Positions 1-13,718 of a stretch of DNA of 64,000 nucleotides are shown here, piece by piece. Each line of letters begins with the position of its first letter. Position 1 is the stretch's first letter. The stretch covers positions 13,144,001 through 13,208,000 of the forward strand of contig CP075492.1 of assembly GCA_021613535.1 (NCBI GenBank), in the 5' to 3' direction. The position numbers were made by a program, and so were the translations under genes. The stretch comes from Adineta vaga. Its lineage: Eukaryota > Animalia > Rotifera. The notes beneath the pieces were generated by a model, which searched no databases, was not told where the DNA came from, and was given only the letters and a program-made list of their open reading frames with translations.

Positions 1-859
1 TCTCTATCTCCATGATCACATTCATAAGTGATCATACAGCTAAGAATCGATGGACATTGCTTTTGCGTCGTTTAATAAGTACAATATATAGCTTATAGCA
101 TCATTTAGCGTTCTTCTATGAAACAATAGTAACGTCTTTCGTTCTGTCATTGATTCTATGAAATATAATAAATAGAACAAAACATAGACAATCAATGAAT
201 GATGGGGCGACCATTGGTTCTTGGATCTCTATCCAACGGATGATTAGCAATACAACGGCATGGAAACAAATCTTGTGCAAAGTTGACAGACGTATTTATT
301 TCATGAAGAAGGCAGAACTAAATATATAGATCAGAATTGCAAAAGAGTGCTCTGACTATGAATCTTTCTCTCTTTTTTCTATTGAATTTCTAGTATTTGA
401 ATACTTGGATTTGAATTAAGTATGATTTATTCTGTGACTACTCATAATGATCGAAAAACGTTTGTTTTTGTTTGACAAAAACACTAAAATTCTTTCGTTC
501 TTATTATCGAAAATAAACTTCGATAACAAAAAAATGCAAAATGTGCACAACAATAGTAGCTTAAAGAAAGCGAACGATTGTTAAAAATAAGAATCATATT
601 TCAAAATTGTTCCACTCAACGACAGAGGACGCTTCCTTGATTAATCCAAATCTTTTCTTTTTTGAAGTTTTCTTTTTATTAAAACCGAATTCTTCTTATC
701 ATATGGATCTATAATTTTATTTATTTAATCATCATCAAATCTAGTAGTAGTCTGGCAGAGTTTCAAAGAAAAAAACAAAACAAACTTGATTTCGATTTGT
801 CAGCACAATCTTTTGTGATTGTCTGTCTATAATTTAGATTTGCACATATATTTTCCATA

Positions 860-2504
860 ATGCAGAGTAGACTTTCAAAAACACATAATTCTACAACTTC
901 ATTTTCCAATCAACCGAAAGATGCTCAACGATCCAAATTTCGATCAACAATTCTTCCTCCTATGTAAGTTCATTTTCATCATTGGAACTTTTAGTTTTCA
1001 TTCGAATATAATTTCGTTAAGAAATGATACAACATCTTCGATGGGAAATCTTATGTATGATCGTCGTATTGTTCGTGGAAATACCTACGCTGTGCATACA
1101 CTTCCAACAGTAGATTTTTTAAGACTTTCATTTCAATTATTTGTTTACTTTTTGAATAGTTACCTCCAATAAATTTAATTACAATTCAACGTCAACAAGA
1201 AGCACGTCGACGTGTTCAAGCAAGACGAAAAGCTCGACAATTCTTTCGAACAATAACACCTGAGCCTGTTTCTGATCGTAAACATATGAATGTTCAAACT
1301 GAACTTTATCTTGAAGAGCTCACGTGAGTTGTTGTTGTTGTTGTTGTTTTGTTTCAAAGTCATACATCTATAGACATGAGCGAATCTTACTCGGAAATTA
1401 TTTTGAGTTATTAGATGTCTATGTTATTTCTCTTGAGTACTTATTTAGTAACATTTAAATATAATTATGAACTTCATTTCCTTTAATTATATTAATGCTT
1501 TTTTTTAAAATATGATTTGATTATTATGTATTAAAAATAATTTTCAATTTTAGTGATCGAGTTGAAGAAGCAGATGTTTATATTCAAACAGATAGATTTC
1601 TTGATCGACCTTCAACACCATTATATATTCCACAATCTGTAGGTAGAGATACTGCGACACAAATTCAAATTGGTGATGTAAATATTGACATTTTTGTTTT
1701 CTCTTCAATTGATTTAATTGAATATCGTTACAGTTATTCTCTTTTGATGTGGACGTCAAACCTATTGCTGAAGTTCTCGTTGGTAGAACTACTGAACAAG
1801 CTTTAGTTGAGGTTGCTGAAGAAGAAGAAATCCGAAGAATTCATGATCAACAACGAGCTTTTGAAGAATTTCGTAATGCAGAATTAATTGAATTGCAACG
1901 TTTCGAAGAGCAAGAAAGACGTTTACGTGCTGAGAAAGATCGTCGTATACAACAAGCAGAAGAAGTATATCAATTAGAACGTGAAGTTCAAGAGAAAATT
2001 GCAGCACGAGCCTTTACACGAGCATATTTACAAGATCTTGTACCAAGTGTTTTCAATAATTTAAGAGAAAATGGATATTTCTATGATCCTGTTGAACATG
2101 GTCGAGATAATTTTCTTCTATTTCTTGTACCAAAAGAAATTTACTTTTATTTTTTTTAGAAACAGAAGCATCATTTATGCCATGGTTAATGGAACGAACG
2201 ATGACAGAAGTGAATCAATTAAACGTTAGTCGAACATTGTTAGACACTACCATTCGAGATGCTGTTAATCAACGTAAAGATCAATATCAACGATTGAATA
2301 ATTCATTTCATCAAGTAAGATGTTAAAATATCTTCAATAGATTTCGCATAATAAAAAGCAAATATTATTTCTTTACAGTCAAATAATCATAGTACTGTTG
2401 AACGACATACTCCACGAGGAAATAATAGTATTCATGGTTCGGAAAAAAACATCGAACGACAAGTATCAAATTCAAGTGATTTCAAAGGATCAAATACAGA
2501 GTAA
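860..2504 (+). CDS. RSPH3: Radial spoke head protein 3 (multi-exon)
   Basis: Spliced exons give GNLMYDRRIVRGNTYA, RKHMNVQTELYLEEL, FLDRPSTPLYIP and LFSFDVDVKPIAEVLVGRTTEQALVEVAEEEE...GYFYDPVE, all RSP3 hallmarks. GT-AG introns; stop TAA at 2502-2504. Confidence 0.93.
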
Positions 2505-2875
2505 TAGATTTCATGTTCTATTTATTAAATAAATTGATAATGGAAAATTTTATTTGACAATAAGTTTTCACTTTTCTTTCTCTTTTTTTCTCGAGATCAT
2601 TTTAAATTGATTAATGACTATGCGATTGTTCTATAATGAAAATATAGATCAAAGAGTATTCTATGCAAGAATGAATCTTTTCAAGCAATTCTATAGTAAT
2701 AGTTTTTATCAATGAAAAACAAAAGGAAATGATTGCCATTTAACTGCGCCCTCTTCGTTTCCGTGCGATTATTGGATGAATAGAAATCATGCGACTATGG
2801 CTCGCTGATGACATCTTTTCCCTTCCATTTCATAAATAAAAACATTGATTTATCTACGTGATAGTTTGACAAAAA

Positions 2876-3890
2876 ATGACAAGTAGAAATGAAAGAAATC
2901 CATCGGAAATAAATGTTCGAATGTCAATTCCATATTTAACAAATTTAATAGTTAGCTTGCCATTTGTTGGAATGGTTGCAAGTTTTATAACGTCAGTTCT
3001 ATTTACTAAAGAACAAATCTTCGAATCAGAATGTGGAGTAAGTTTGTTTTTTTTTAAAAAAAAGATATTCATTGGTTTGAAAGCCAAATTGTCTTGTTTT
3101 AGTCACGAAATTTTATTCCATCATTCTCATCAGTCATTGGTGTTTCACCCGGTAAATATATTTGGCGTATGGTAATAGCATTTCATTGTTTTCCACGATT
3201 TCTAATTGCATCACTTTATTACAATCAATTTAAAACAAGTCTATTGAAATTAAAATCGAATTCTGGAGGAAAATATTTCATTCTAAAACAATTAATACGA
3301 TTAAATACATTCTTTGAAATATGTGAAGTATTTGGTTTAATACTTTTATCATATATATCATCAAAAGAAAACTATGATGTACATGAAAAAGGCTTTATCA
3401 TCTTCATGTTATCATCAACTTTACGTATGATAACATGTTTAATTTTATTTCGACAATTATTATATAAATGTTGGTTAATTCATGAATATGATGATAAAAA
3501 TAAGAAATTTCGTTTTCAATCATCGTATCAATGGAAAATGCGTTTATTTTGTTCAGCATTTATATTTTCACTTCTATTAGTTGTTGCATATATAAGACAT
3601 ACTAGTAAATGTTCAAATAATATTGGTCAACCGTCAACAGCATGGAGTTATTTTTCAGCTTGTGAATATATAGTCTGTTGCTTAATTATGGGTTATCATG
3701 CAACAGTAAGTTTAGTTCTAATCGGTGCTTTTTTTTGTCTTGAAAGTTAACTAATTCATAGGTTTGTTGGGATTTCAATCATTTCGAATTGACAATTTAC
3801 AATAAAACAACAGCAAAATTAAATTACGAAGGAATTGAATCAGAACATAATATCAACAATGAACAAAAAGAGATTTATGTATCTCGATGA
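2876..3890 (+). CDS. PGAP2: Post-GPI attachment to proteins factor 2 (Frag1/DRAM/Sfk1 family) membrane protein, 3 exons
   Basis: Motifs ESECG|SRNFIPSFSSVIGVSPGKYIWRMVIAFHCFPRF, SSKENYDVHEKGFIIFM and WSYFSACEYIV...YHAT|VCWDF; several TM helices. Confidence 0.85.
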
Positions 3891-4833
3891 CATTTTACCT
3901 AACAAGATAAAAAAAAACTCCTTTCATCCATTTATGATGCCTCATTAATGCTTCCTTTTCATTTCAAATTGCGCTTTTTTTATGTGCATTATTTTTCTTT
4001 TTGGTTCCAGCTTTTGTGTAACTGGTTCTCAAACGCAAACTTACCTTATTTGATGATAGTATTTTGAGATAATAACAAAGAAAGAAAGAAAGAAGTAAAT
4101 CTTGGATGAATTGATTTGAAGATAAAACGATTTCTGATGGAAATTGAAGTAATTTTATTTATTTACTTGACATGTAATTCTATTGGTTTTAAAAAGTCAA
4201 TCATAATTCAATTATTACCCATTTTTATCGACATTGATGGGAAAGATCGACAATTGAAAGAGACTCGTCAATGATTTGATTAGAAGGAAAGAAAAACATC
4301 GATAAACAAATACTAACTAGTTTTCTTCATGATTAGAAGGAAAGAAAAGTTGAATCTTCCAAATACTTTCTATCAATAAAACCACAATTATGATGTTTTC
4401 ATCTCATGACATATATTATAAATAAATAATAGAAATTTCATACCAGTTACATTGTTTTTATCTTTTTCATATGAAATCATGTTTGTGTTTTATTTTATTT
4501 CAGATGTAATAAGAAATGTTATATTATAAATAGAATTAAGAATTCTCGTATTCATTGAGTTCGTTTAGTGTTTGTTTTTTTTTCTTATAATATTGAATGA
4601 ATAAGAAAGAGAAGAAAAGCATAAGATACACAGAACAACAATGTATGTACAACAAACAAAGAAGGAAAGCAATAAACAAAAAGAAGAGACAAAAATCACG
4701 GCGGTTCGCATTGTTTGTTTGTTTGTTTTTCTTTAAAATATGAACAGATCTTTTCAAAAGACGAGAAAAAAGAGAATTTTGTTCGATTAATATTCAGATG
4801 TAATGAGTAATTTCGATTTTTATTTTTTCTACA

Positions 4834-7800
4834 TTATGCTTCAGTATCTTCATGACCACTTTCATGACCTTTAAGGCGAATACGTGCAAATTCTTCGAAT
4901 ATAAAATCATCATCATGACCAGCATTGTCAAAACTAAACAAAACGAATCAATAAAAATTCTTTTTTCTATTTTAATAATTATCAACAAACTTTGTATCAA
5001 GTTGAATCAAATTATGATCAATAGGTATATCATTTGCTTGTTGATCATTAGGATTTTGTTGATTAGTAATAAATTCAAGTTGTCGAGATGGTGACGGAGT
5101 TGGTGGAGGTTTAGGATGTGTTAATGTAAAGGGTAATTCCACTGCTAGATCTCTTGAATAAAGAGAAAAATAAATGAAATAATCAAATACTTTCAAGTAT
5201 TATTTACCCTCCCATAGCTACAATTAATTTGATTTTAACTTTATATTGTACAATAATGCCGAGATTTTCCTTTTGTGTTGTACTTCGAATTCTATCATTA
5301 AATGATAGAAAAATTTTCTTATTTCCATTCGTTTTCAACATTAAACTTACATAGTTGAGGAAGCTAAATTCGTATCTTCATGTTTTAATTTACCATCTAA
5401 TGCTAAACCACGTTTATCTTTATTATTTGCCAAAAGTGGTGTTAAAGAATACACTTTCGTCAAAGTGGAACATGGAGTTATGGGAAATCCTTCACTAGAA
5501 AAGACAAAACAAATCACATATGTCATTTCCATAAATCCGTATATAGAAATTTTCTTAATGGAAGCAAAACAAAGCAAAGAATAAACAAAATGCATACTCA
5601 GTTTCCAATTCGGCGACAGTACATTTGTAATGAGCATTGGTAAACATACATATTTCAGCATATTGCTTAACTAGAATATATATTCAAAGCATACAACATT
5701 AAATAGCAACATTGATCAAAGCAACAAATAGAGACAAAAATAATAGAAGTGCCGAGCGAATTCCTATGAGAAAAAGAACACGTTTACCTACCTTGATTCA
5801 ATAGCAGCTACATCGCACTTATACTGTGTTGATGAGTACAAGCAGATTTCAGCATATTGAACAACTATAGATGGGTAATTAGGGATCGAGAGATAGTCAA
5901 AGTTCATTTTGAGAAGAAAGAAAAACATACGACGCGAGAAACGAAAACGATTTTTTCCTCTTATTCATTTCTATACTTACCAGATATACGAATTTTTCGT
6001 AAGGTTTTATTGGAATTATTTGTTACAACAACATTAACATTGATACTTTCACCATGATAATACATCTAAATGTATAATATTCATAGAAAATCTTTTTGTT
6101 TTTCAAGAAAAATTAAAATCTTCTACCTCTTTATCAAGTGTACATTCAAGATGTAACGGCGCAGGGGACATCATAAAATCTTTATGAGCTTCAATAACAG
6201 GTTGAGGAGCAGGAATTTCAGGTGCATAAGTTAATTTTCTTATTGCTAATCGAACTGAACTTCGTTTATGGGATTTATCTTCACTTGTTTCTGCGACATA
6301 AGTTTTCAATTCATAATCTACACCACATGGTTTGCCTGTATCACCAGCAGCTGGTTGTAATGTAACAGATGCAGGCGCTGTTTGTGCAATCTAAAACAGA
6401 TTGGTTGAATTTTCTTCTATCCTAATAGGAAATTAAAAAGCATCTACTTCGAAATAAAATGGATAAGCATTAGGTCCTAATTTTCTTAAAAGACGTTGTT
6501 GTAAATGTGTTAAAGGTTTCTTTTGATCATCAACAGGAGGATAGATTTGTTGAGTTGAACAAAATAAATCTTTTCGAAATGTTAAACCAAGAACATCGAG
6601 ATCTTCTCGACCATACCGAAATGCTATTTAAACAAAGAGAAAAAAAATAATATTATTCAAGTCTTTCCTTTCTCAAAACATACCTGCTAAGACAGATGCA
6701 TATACTTTACGATCTTTGACATATTCCGGATCGACTAGAACTACACCATCTTGAAACAAAAAAAAACACAAGTATTTTATCAAAAAATCTTTTTATCCAT
6801 AAGAATGTAAACATACCGATTGGATCGATATGATCCGAATAATCGATAAAATCTCGTTTTCCAAGGTAACATGTTATCTAAGCAAAAAAAAAGAAGTCAA
6901 TTAGATATTCAATGAAACATATATCCGTTTTTATATCCATACTTTCGAATTGGGACTACTTTTTTTGAACACTCTAAAAACAAGAAAAGAACAATAATAG
7001 ATAAAGCATTGTTTAACTTGATCTAACAAAGATTAACAGAAATTATTTGTCTACTTATTGTCAGTGATGAGAGACAGAAGTCCTCCAAATATAATACGCT
7101 TTATTTTATCCATCCATCAATCAATCAATCAATCTATCTAAACGCATCAATTGAAAAGACATTGCTAACAGAAGTCAAGAGTCATTTTCTCTTGACTAGA
7201 TAGATGATGGCAATCAAGGAATCAAGCAAGAGAAAACTTCGTCGCATTTTTTCCGGATGAATAATAGATAATGTTTTTGTTTCAGTTAGAAATTATCTTT
7301 CTCGTGCATTTTATCAGAAAATGAGACATCTTCGTTTGAACTTCCGTTACATGAGCAACTTAAAGTTAACAGAAATGTTTCGAATTACTTTCTACATGAA
7401 GAAAGAAAGAAGCATTAAATATATACATATATATATATATAGAGAGAGAGAGAGAAAGCACAAAATTTTTTATTATAAAACGGATGTACACACCCTTAAG
7501 ATTTTACATGGTTAGTATTTATTTCATGTGCAAATGAAAAAAAAAACCCTTTTTCTCCTCATTGAAAGGATTAATGAAAACGATATGATCACATGAAATT
7601 TAAAATGACAAAAACATGACCTTCTATGTATGATGTAAAACTAATCGATTTCTTTCTTCTACTTGAAATATCGATAGACAATAGTTGAAGGTAATTATAA
7701 TCAATTTACTGATAAGTTAGAAAAAAAGAAAACAACAGATTATATATTTATACTTACGGTTTCATAAGATATTAGATGATGATGATATAATCATTGTTAA

Positions 7801-8402
7801 ACATGATTGAATGAAACAAGATCAAATGCATCGAACGACTAACAATCAAATGCGCACTTTCCACTTATTCTTCCTCTTTCTTACATATATATATAGTCAC
7901 TAGGATAATGCATCGATGTCCTCTTTATCGTTATTTCTCATATCAACTTGACGCTATTCTCATTCTTCTGCTTTTTTTTATGATTCTCTCGAACGCTCGG
8001 GTTTTTCTTTCTGTTCTTCGAACATTTTCTTTCAAGGCTATTTTACTAGACGAGATATGGAAAAGAATAACGTTGTAAGCAAAAACAGTCATGGTACCGG
8101 AAGGAACGTTTCTCCGAAAGAAGAGAAAGAATAGGACTGCTGCTCATACTATCATTTTTGTAATTAAAATGCCTGAAAGCAAACATAAAACTAATCAATT
8201 ATTTTCTATTTAAATTAATAGATCAGTTTACAATGTTTTCTTTTCTTTTCTTTTCTTTTCTTCAATAAAAAAAATCAATTGATTGTTCTCGTTTACTGAA
8301 AAGGAAATTTTCAACAAACATTAAATACCTTGTTCCTTGTTTTTTCGAATCATCTAAACTTAAATCAAGAGCACCATTGCCATTTGTTTGCTGTTGTGCC
8401 AT
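4834..8402 (-). CDS. ARRB: Beta-arrestin (kurtz-like), multi-exon with alternative exons
   Basis: [10 protein letters not shown]|[57 protein letters not shown], clathrin box LIQLD and AP2 motif [16 protein letters not shown]. Confidence 0.96.
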
Positions 8403-8965
8403 ATTTCATAGAAATCTTGTTCATAGAAAATACATAATTAGGCTTCTATATATACAATCTAAATATATGAAAGAAAACACAAAAAATTCGATTTTAATTG
8501 AATAAATATCGTTTCTCAGTTTTTTTTTTCGGGCTTGTCAATCAAATAAACAAAGAGAAATATTCTTTTGATATAAATCTGATCAAATTTTCATTGATTA
8601 AGTATATAAATAGAAACGCATTTGTGATTATATGAAAGGAAAAGAAAAACAGATAGATTTGTAGCACAAAGAAAATCAGCAAGCAAAGCAATGACATTCT
8701 ACTTTTATCTCATTTGTTTATTTATTCGCCATCAACGACAAACATTAACTCTCATTGTATTATTGTTAGCGATATGTACATCAGTAACTAGCGCCATCTA
8801 TCGAATAATGAAATCTAACTCTGTTATCTTATAAATCAGATTTCTAACACGTAATGAAACGTGTTTTCATCCTTGTCTTTTATATTATCATTACAATACA
8901 ACCATTAATGTCATTTTATTAAAAGAAGGAAGACAGACAGACAGATAGAGAGAGTAAAAAGAAGA

Positions 8966-11618
8966 TTAACATCCCAGTGAACCAATACGAAATTGTTTCA
9001 TTGTCATTGCTTCAATATCACCAGAAGTTAATAGAATTTGTTGACCTGTATAATTACTTTGTGCAGCATTTGAATGTTTATTACCTGCTGATTGTCTCAT
9101 CGATGCTCGATGTTGATGTTCTTCTAACGCATGTTTATTTGTTAAAATCTTATGAGTTTTATCCAAAGGATTCGATCGATTTGTTTCATCCGATGCAACT
9201 GATAAACGTTGAAGATTTTTTCCTGATGGAATTGTTTTACGCACAACTGTTGTCGCTGCTGAACCAACATAATCATCGGATTCATCACCAGCATGATGAC
9301 CAAATGAATTCAAACGTTCCATACGAGTTTTCTTGTAAAAGAAAAATAAAACAACACATTGATTTGATTTTCCTGATTGTTAGGCATTTGTTCATGCGAC
9401 ACATGCTCATATGCTTTTATGTTTAGTTCGATACAACGTGCTTTTAGCTAGCATAAAGAGGTTATTTTGCATGTCTTATCTTAGAACTTTGAACTGTATC
9501 AGATATGGTCTAGAAATCAGTTTTCTGTGTGATATAACTCTTGATAATATTTTATTGTAAATTATTTCACCTCAAATATTTAACTTACCGAATATTCTTT
9601 ATCTTTACGTTTCATTATTCGTCGTCGTCGATAAATCTAATAGAAGAACATATTTGTTTTATCATTTGCAAGTTTTCTACTTACAACAAAATACATCCAA
9701 AGAAAAAATATGACATGAAATAATGTATAAATTACACCTAAAGTTATTAATGCTACATTATCCCAATGTTGTGCAACATCTGTTGGACAAACAGCAATAA
9801 TCGCATGCCAAACACAGACTACACATAACATGACCATTGATAGAAGAACATATTTATCCTAGAGAAAATATTCGACTAAAATTGATATCTTAATCAAATA
9901 ATCAATTTTTACTAATGTTGTTAAATATGAAATAGTTGGAAGACATCGAACAACCACCCATTTGAAAGTAACGGCTGTTAATAGAAGTGTAAAACTTAAT
10001 TGGAGACGATTTTGTGGAAGATTATATGTAACACTAAATGTGGCAAATGCCATTACTGTTATGAAAAACTAAATAATGAATAGATTTTGTATTGAAAATA
10101 CAATGTTGATAAAGGACGACGTACGATTAGAAAATAAACATTCCAATAGAAATAACCGGGTCGACGTGCCGCATGACCTAAACGTAGAAAATTTGCAGAC
10201 ATTTATACATTGAAGAATTGATTTACAAGTTGCTGAAAAAGCTGGATGTTGATTTTGTGATGGTGTAAATGGACTGGATAATAATTTCGTTGATGTTTCA
10301 ACATGTTCATGTAAACGCCATTCTTGTTGATCAATAAATGCATCTGTAAAGAAAACGGAGATTTTTCAATATAAATTTCATTCTTCTCCTACGTGTATTA
10401 ATAGCACTCAATTGATGAGTATCTGCAGTAAGTAAAACTTCATTCACTGTTCTTGTTGTCGATACTGTAATTGATAGATCCTTTTGAAAGAAAGAAAAAA
10501 ATATGACTTATTTTCAAGAGAAGATGATTTACTTGAACATCGACAGGAAAATCATTCAATTCAAGATTTTCTAAAAAGACTCCTTTTACTTTTCTCATTT
10601 CATATATCATCGGTGTATCAATTCCATCATAAACAACTTTATGCCAAACATCATTTTTAATATCTCCAACTGAATTATCAATAAATAATAATGGATTCCA
10701 AAATTTATTCGCATCAAAACAATCAATATCCTTATTGAACAAAGAATTTTTCATAGAAATGAAATCAACAAATTTCCCTTTTACTTACGGTTCCTTTCAA
10801 AGTTGGTTCATACCAACGTGCTTGAATAAATGCTTCAGCTTGAAATTGTTCTTTTAATGTATCAATTTCACCAAGTTTTAAAAAAACTAATCGTAATTCA
10901 ACCGTAACCTAAAAATATTCTCCATCAAACAATTTGTCAAATTAAACTAGACACGTGCAATTCTAGTCAATCTATTTTTCTTCATCAATAATGTACTCAT
11001 AATAAAATAGGTTCCGATGATGTATACATAGTTGTTTTATTTACATTATTATCATAGTAAAGGGTATTCATCGATCATTAAGATACAATTTCTTCCTTAT
11101 CTCCGATCTTTATAGTACATTCCCTAGTGAAACTGTAATAATATCAATATGATACTCATTCTCTAATCGTATTTATATAGTCTCTCCTGTTTGTCTAGTC
11201 AAGTATCTTGAAACTAAATGTATTTTCATCGAAAATTTTTAATACATACTCTTTCCAATTTATGTACGCCAGAATTATCATCAGCTGGTCGTGTTTCTTG
11301 TTTTTCATAAACTTTAACAAGATTATCTTTAATTTCTCCTAAAAGTTTAACATTTTTCTTAAAATGAGTATTTAATTCTTGGAGTGTTGTTGTTAATTCA
11401 CGTAGATCAGCTGCTGATGTTGACAGTGATGATTGAGCACTTTGACATCGTTTAGCGGATAAATATTGATGTGTTGAATTCGATGATGGTATCGTATAAT
11501 TTGTTCCTGAACAACCTGCAGATACATTTACCGATGGTGATACACCACGGGTAGTACGCTGGTGACTTGATGATGACGACAGTTTGGTAAATAGATTTGA
11601 TCTACAAGGAACGTTCAT
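8966..11618 (-). CDS. Pentameric ligand-gated ion channel subunit, Cys-less (Pro-loop) type
   Basis: ECD motifs GEIDTLKEQFQAEAFIQARW, FWNPLLFIDN and FLENLELNDFPVDVQDL (no Cys pair). ARRPGYFYWN precedes M1; M2 is RLQLSFTLLLTAVTF; LPTISYLTTLDKY precedes M3; four TM helices. Confidence 0.88.
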
Positions 11619-13632
11619 TGTTTTTCAATAGTAGAGATACTTAATCTTCTTGTCATTGGTTTGATGATGATCAAAAAAAAAGAAGTGATGTTAACGAAGC
11701 AGATCTATATTTGATAAGAATAATTTCATGCAATAGATTTTGTAACTTACTCCTAAACTCATTTTGTACGAAAAGATCGATTAGCAAAATCGAATTAAAA
11801 AGAAAATCAATAATAATGATTATTTGTCGGATATATTGCATATTTATTCTCATCTTTATTTTTCTAGAGGAAATCTTTTCTTGTATCTACGAGTCAATAG
11901 CCTTGTTGATGAAGAGATGAAAGAGCTTGTATATGTGAGGAGACGAAGACGAAGAAGAAGAAGAAGAAAAAACGAGTAGACTTTCTATCTAAGATATTGC
12001 TGTATACATAATACTAACAACAAGCAAATACATCGATCATGAAAGAAACATGCCAACAGAAAGTTACATAGTTTGATGAGAAAGGAAAGAGAGTCGAATT
12101 TCTGATTAACATAATCTTTTGACAGATATTTAAAGATGTTCATTTATCACTCAAGAAAAAGAACTTTCTATAAATATCGAGGTTTCATCGACTTCTGTCT
12201 GTCTAAAAGAGAAAGAGAGAGAGAGATAGAGAAACAAACAACATCCACTTAAGATATTTGCATTTTACTTTCTTTTATATGTTCCATATGATCATTTGAT
12301 CCTATATTTTGGCGTGAAAAAAATGCAGATTCTCCTATTAGAACAACAAATATGCAGTTTTTTTTCTCGACCTTCGCTAACTGATGAGAGAATCACTGAA
12401 TAAGAGAACAAGATTTGATATACACACATATATATAGACTAAAATATTATCAATCAATCAACACGAATAAAAGTTTCTGATACTTGTTGATAGAAATAAA
12501 CAAAATTTCGAACACATATTCTTCTTTATTTCTTATTTCTTTTCCAGAATACGTCATTGAAACCTACGCAATTAGTTTTTCTCTATATTGACTAGAAAGA
12601 AACCAAGTGGTACTTACATGATGATGATGATGATGATGAGACGATTAAGATTGTTGTTTCTATTAGAAGACTAAGGTCATCATTATTACTAACAGTTGAT
12701 CTTATGATGGTCGACAAATAGACAAACGATCAGCTGTCATTAGCTATATGGCAGATATGTATTGACAAATAATCGAGATTTTTGTGTCAAAAACTTCTTT
12801 TCATGACGATATAAAAAAATCGTTATTCGTTTACTTATTAAATACTCACGAAAGTACGAAATTTATCGTATGATATATTATCATTTTGTTTCTATCAGTA
12901 TATTTTATCGTACGATACAGTGGTATAGATGTCTATTTCAGTTGTCTTCCGAGAATTTCTACTGATCTTTTCTCAAATGATCTACATAGTCTTTTTGACA
13001 AATTTTAAAAACTAGAAAATAATTTTGCAGTTATTTTATCTTAATCGTACATAGAGAGAAGTTAACTGGAATGTTTTTATACTATGATCGGTACAGATCG
13101 AATTTATACAGTATCTAATAATATTCCCATAGGTATAGAAGCTGGAATAATATTTGTTGATAATCGACCTAGTTTTATAATATTTCAATTAATGTTGCAT
13201 AAATCTTCTTTTTCTTCTTTTTATTAAAATGAAATTCGTTTTTTCGAATCAATTGATAATATTCTTCTTTAGAGAATTTTCGTTCAAAACTAATAGCCGA
13301 TAATGGACAATTGTATGTTTATATTAGTTTAATCTAATCAAGATAATTCTTAGTTATAATCGTTGAAACTAAAATGACATTATTTTTGAAGTGTAACGTT
13401 CTTTCTCGACTAGATCGAAATGACAAATAATGACTAAAATCATCGTCTATTGTCGACGATTATGTCTTTCCTTTAAATCCCTCGATGATTGTCAAGAAGA
13501 AAGAAAAGAATCTAATATATATATATATAATACACTTACGAAAGAATCGAAATGATAAAGTAATATAATCTTATGTGATATCACTCTCTCTCTCTCTTTG
13601 TCAGCTATCTCTAGGTACATCAGCAGATGAAC

Positions 13633-13640
13633 TATAAATA
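13633..13640 (+). promoter_or_regulatory. TATA box of the EGF/chitin-binding protein gene
   Basis: TATAAATA about 85 nt upstream of the ATG at 13719. Confidence 0.5.
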
Positions 13641-13718
13641 GTCATCGATTGTAATGATTTCTTTACTATTCGTCTTTCAGAAATCGATAAGAATCAAACG
13701 TTTAACGATATTATTACA

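Noticed and set aside
1-360. Moderately GC-rich, coding-looking stretch at the window start
   Set aside because: Only short frames (under 60 aa) with no recognisable motif or consistent splice pattern.
1364-1422. Short inverted repeats (ATAGACAT/ATGTCTAT) in a longer RSPH3 intron
   Set aside because: An 8-bp match in AT-rich DNA is too weak; no box motifs or target-site duplication.
8977-9426. 149-aa plus-strand ORF and similar antisense ORFs elsewhere
   Set aside because: Antisense shadows of real exons on the opposite strand.
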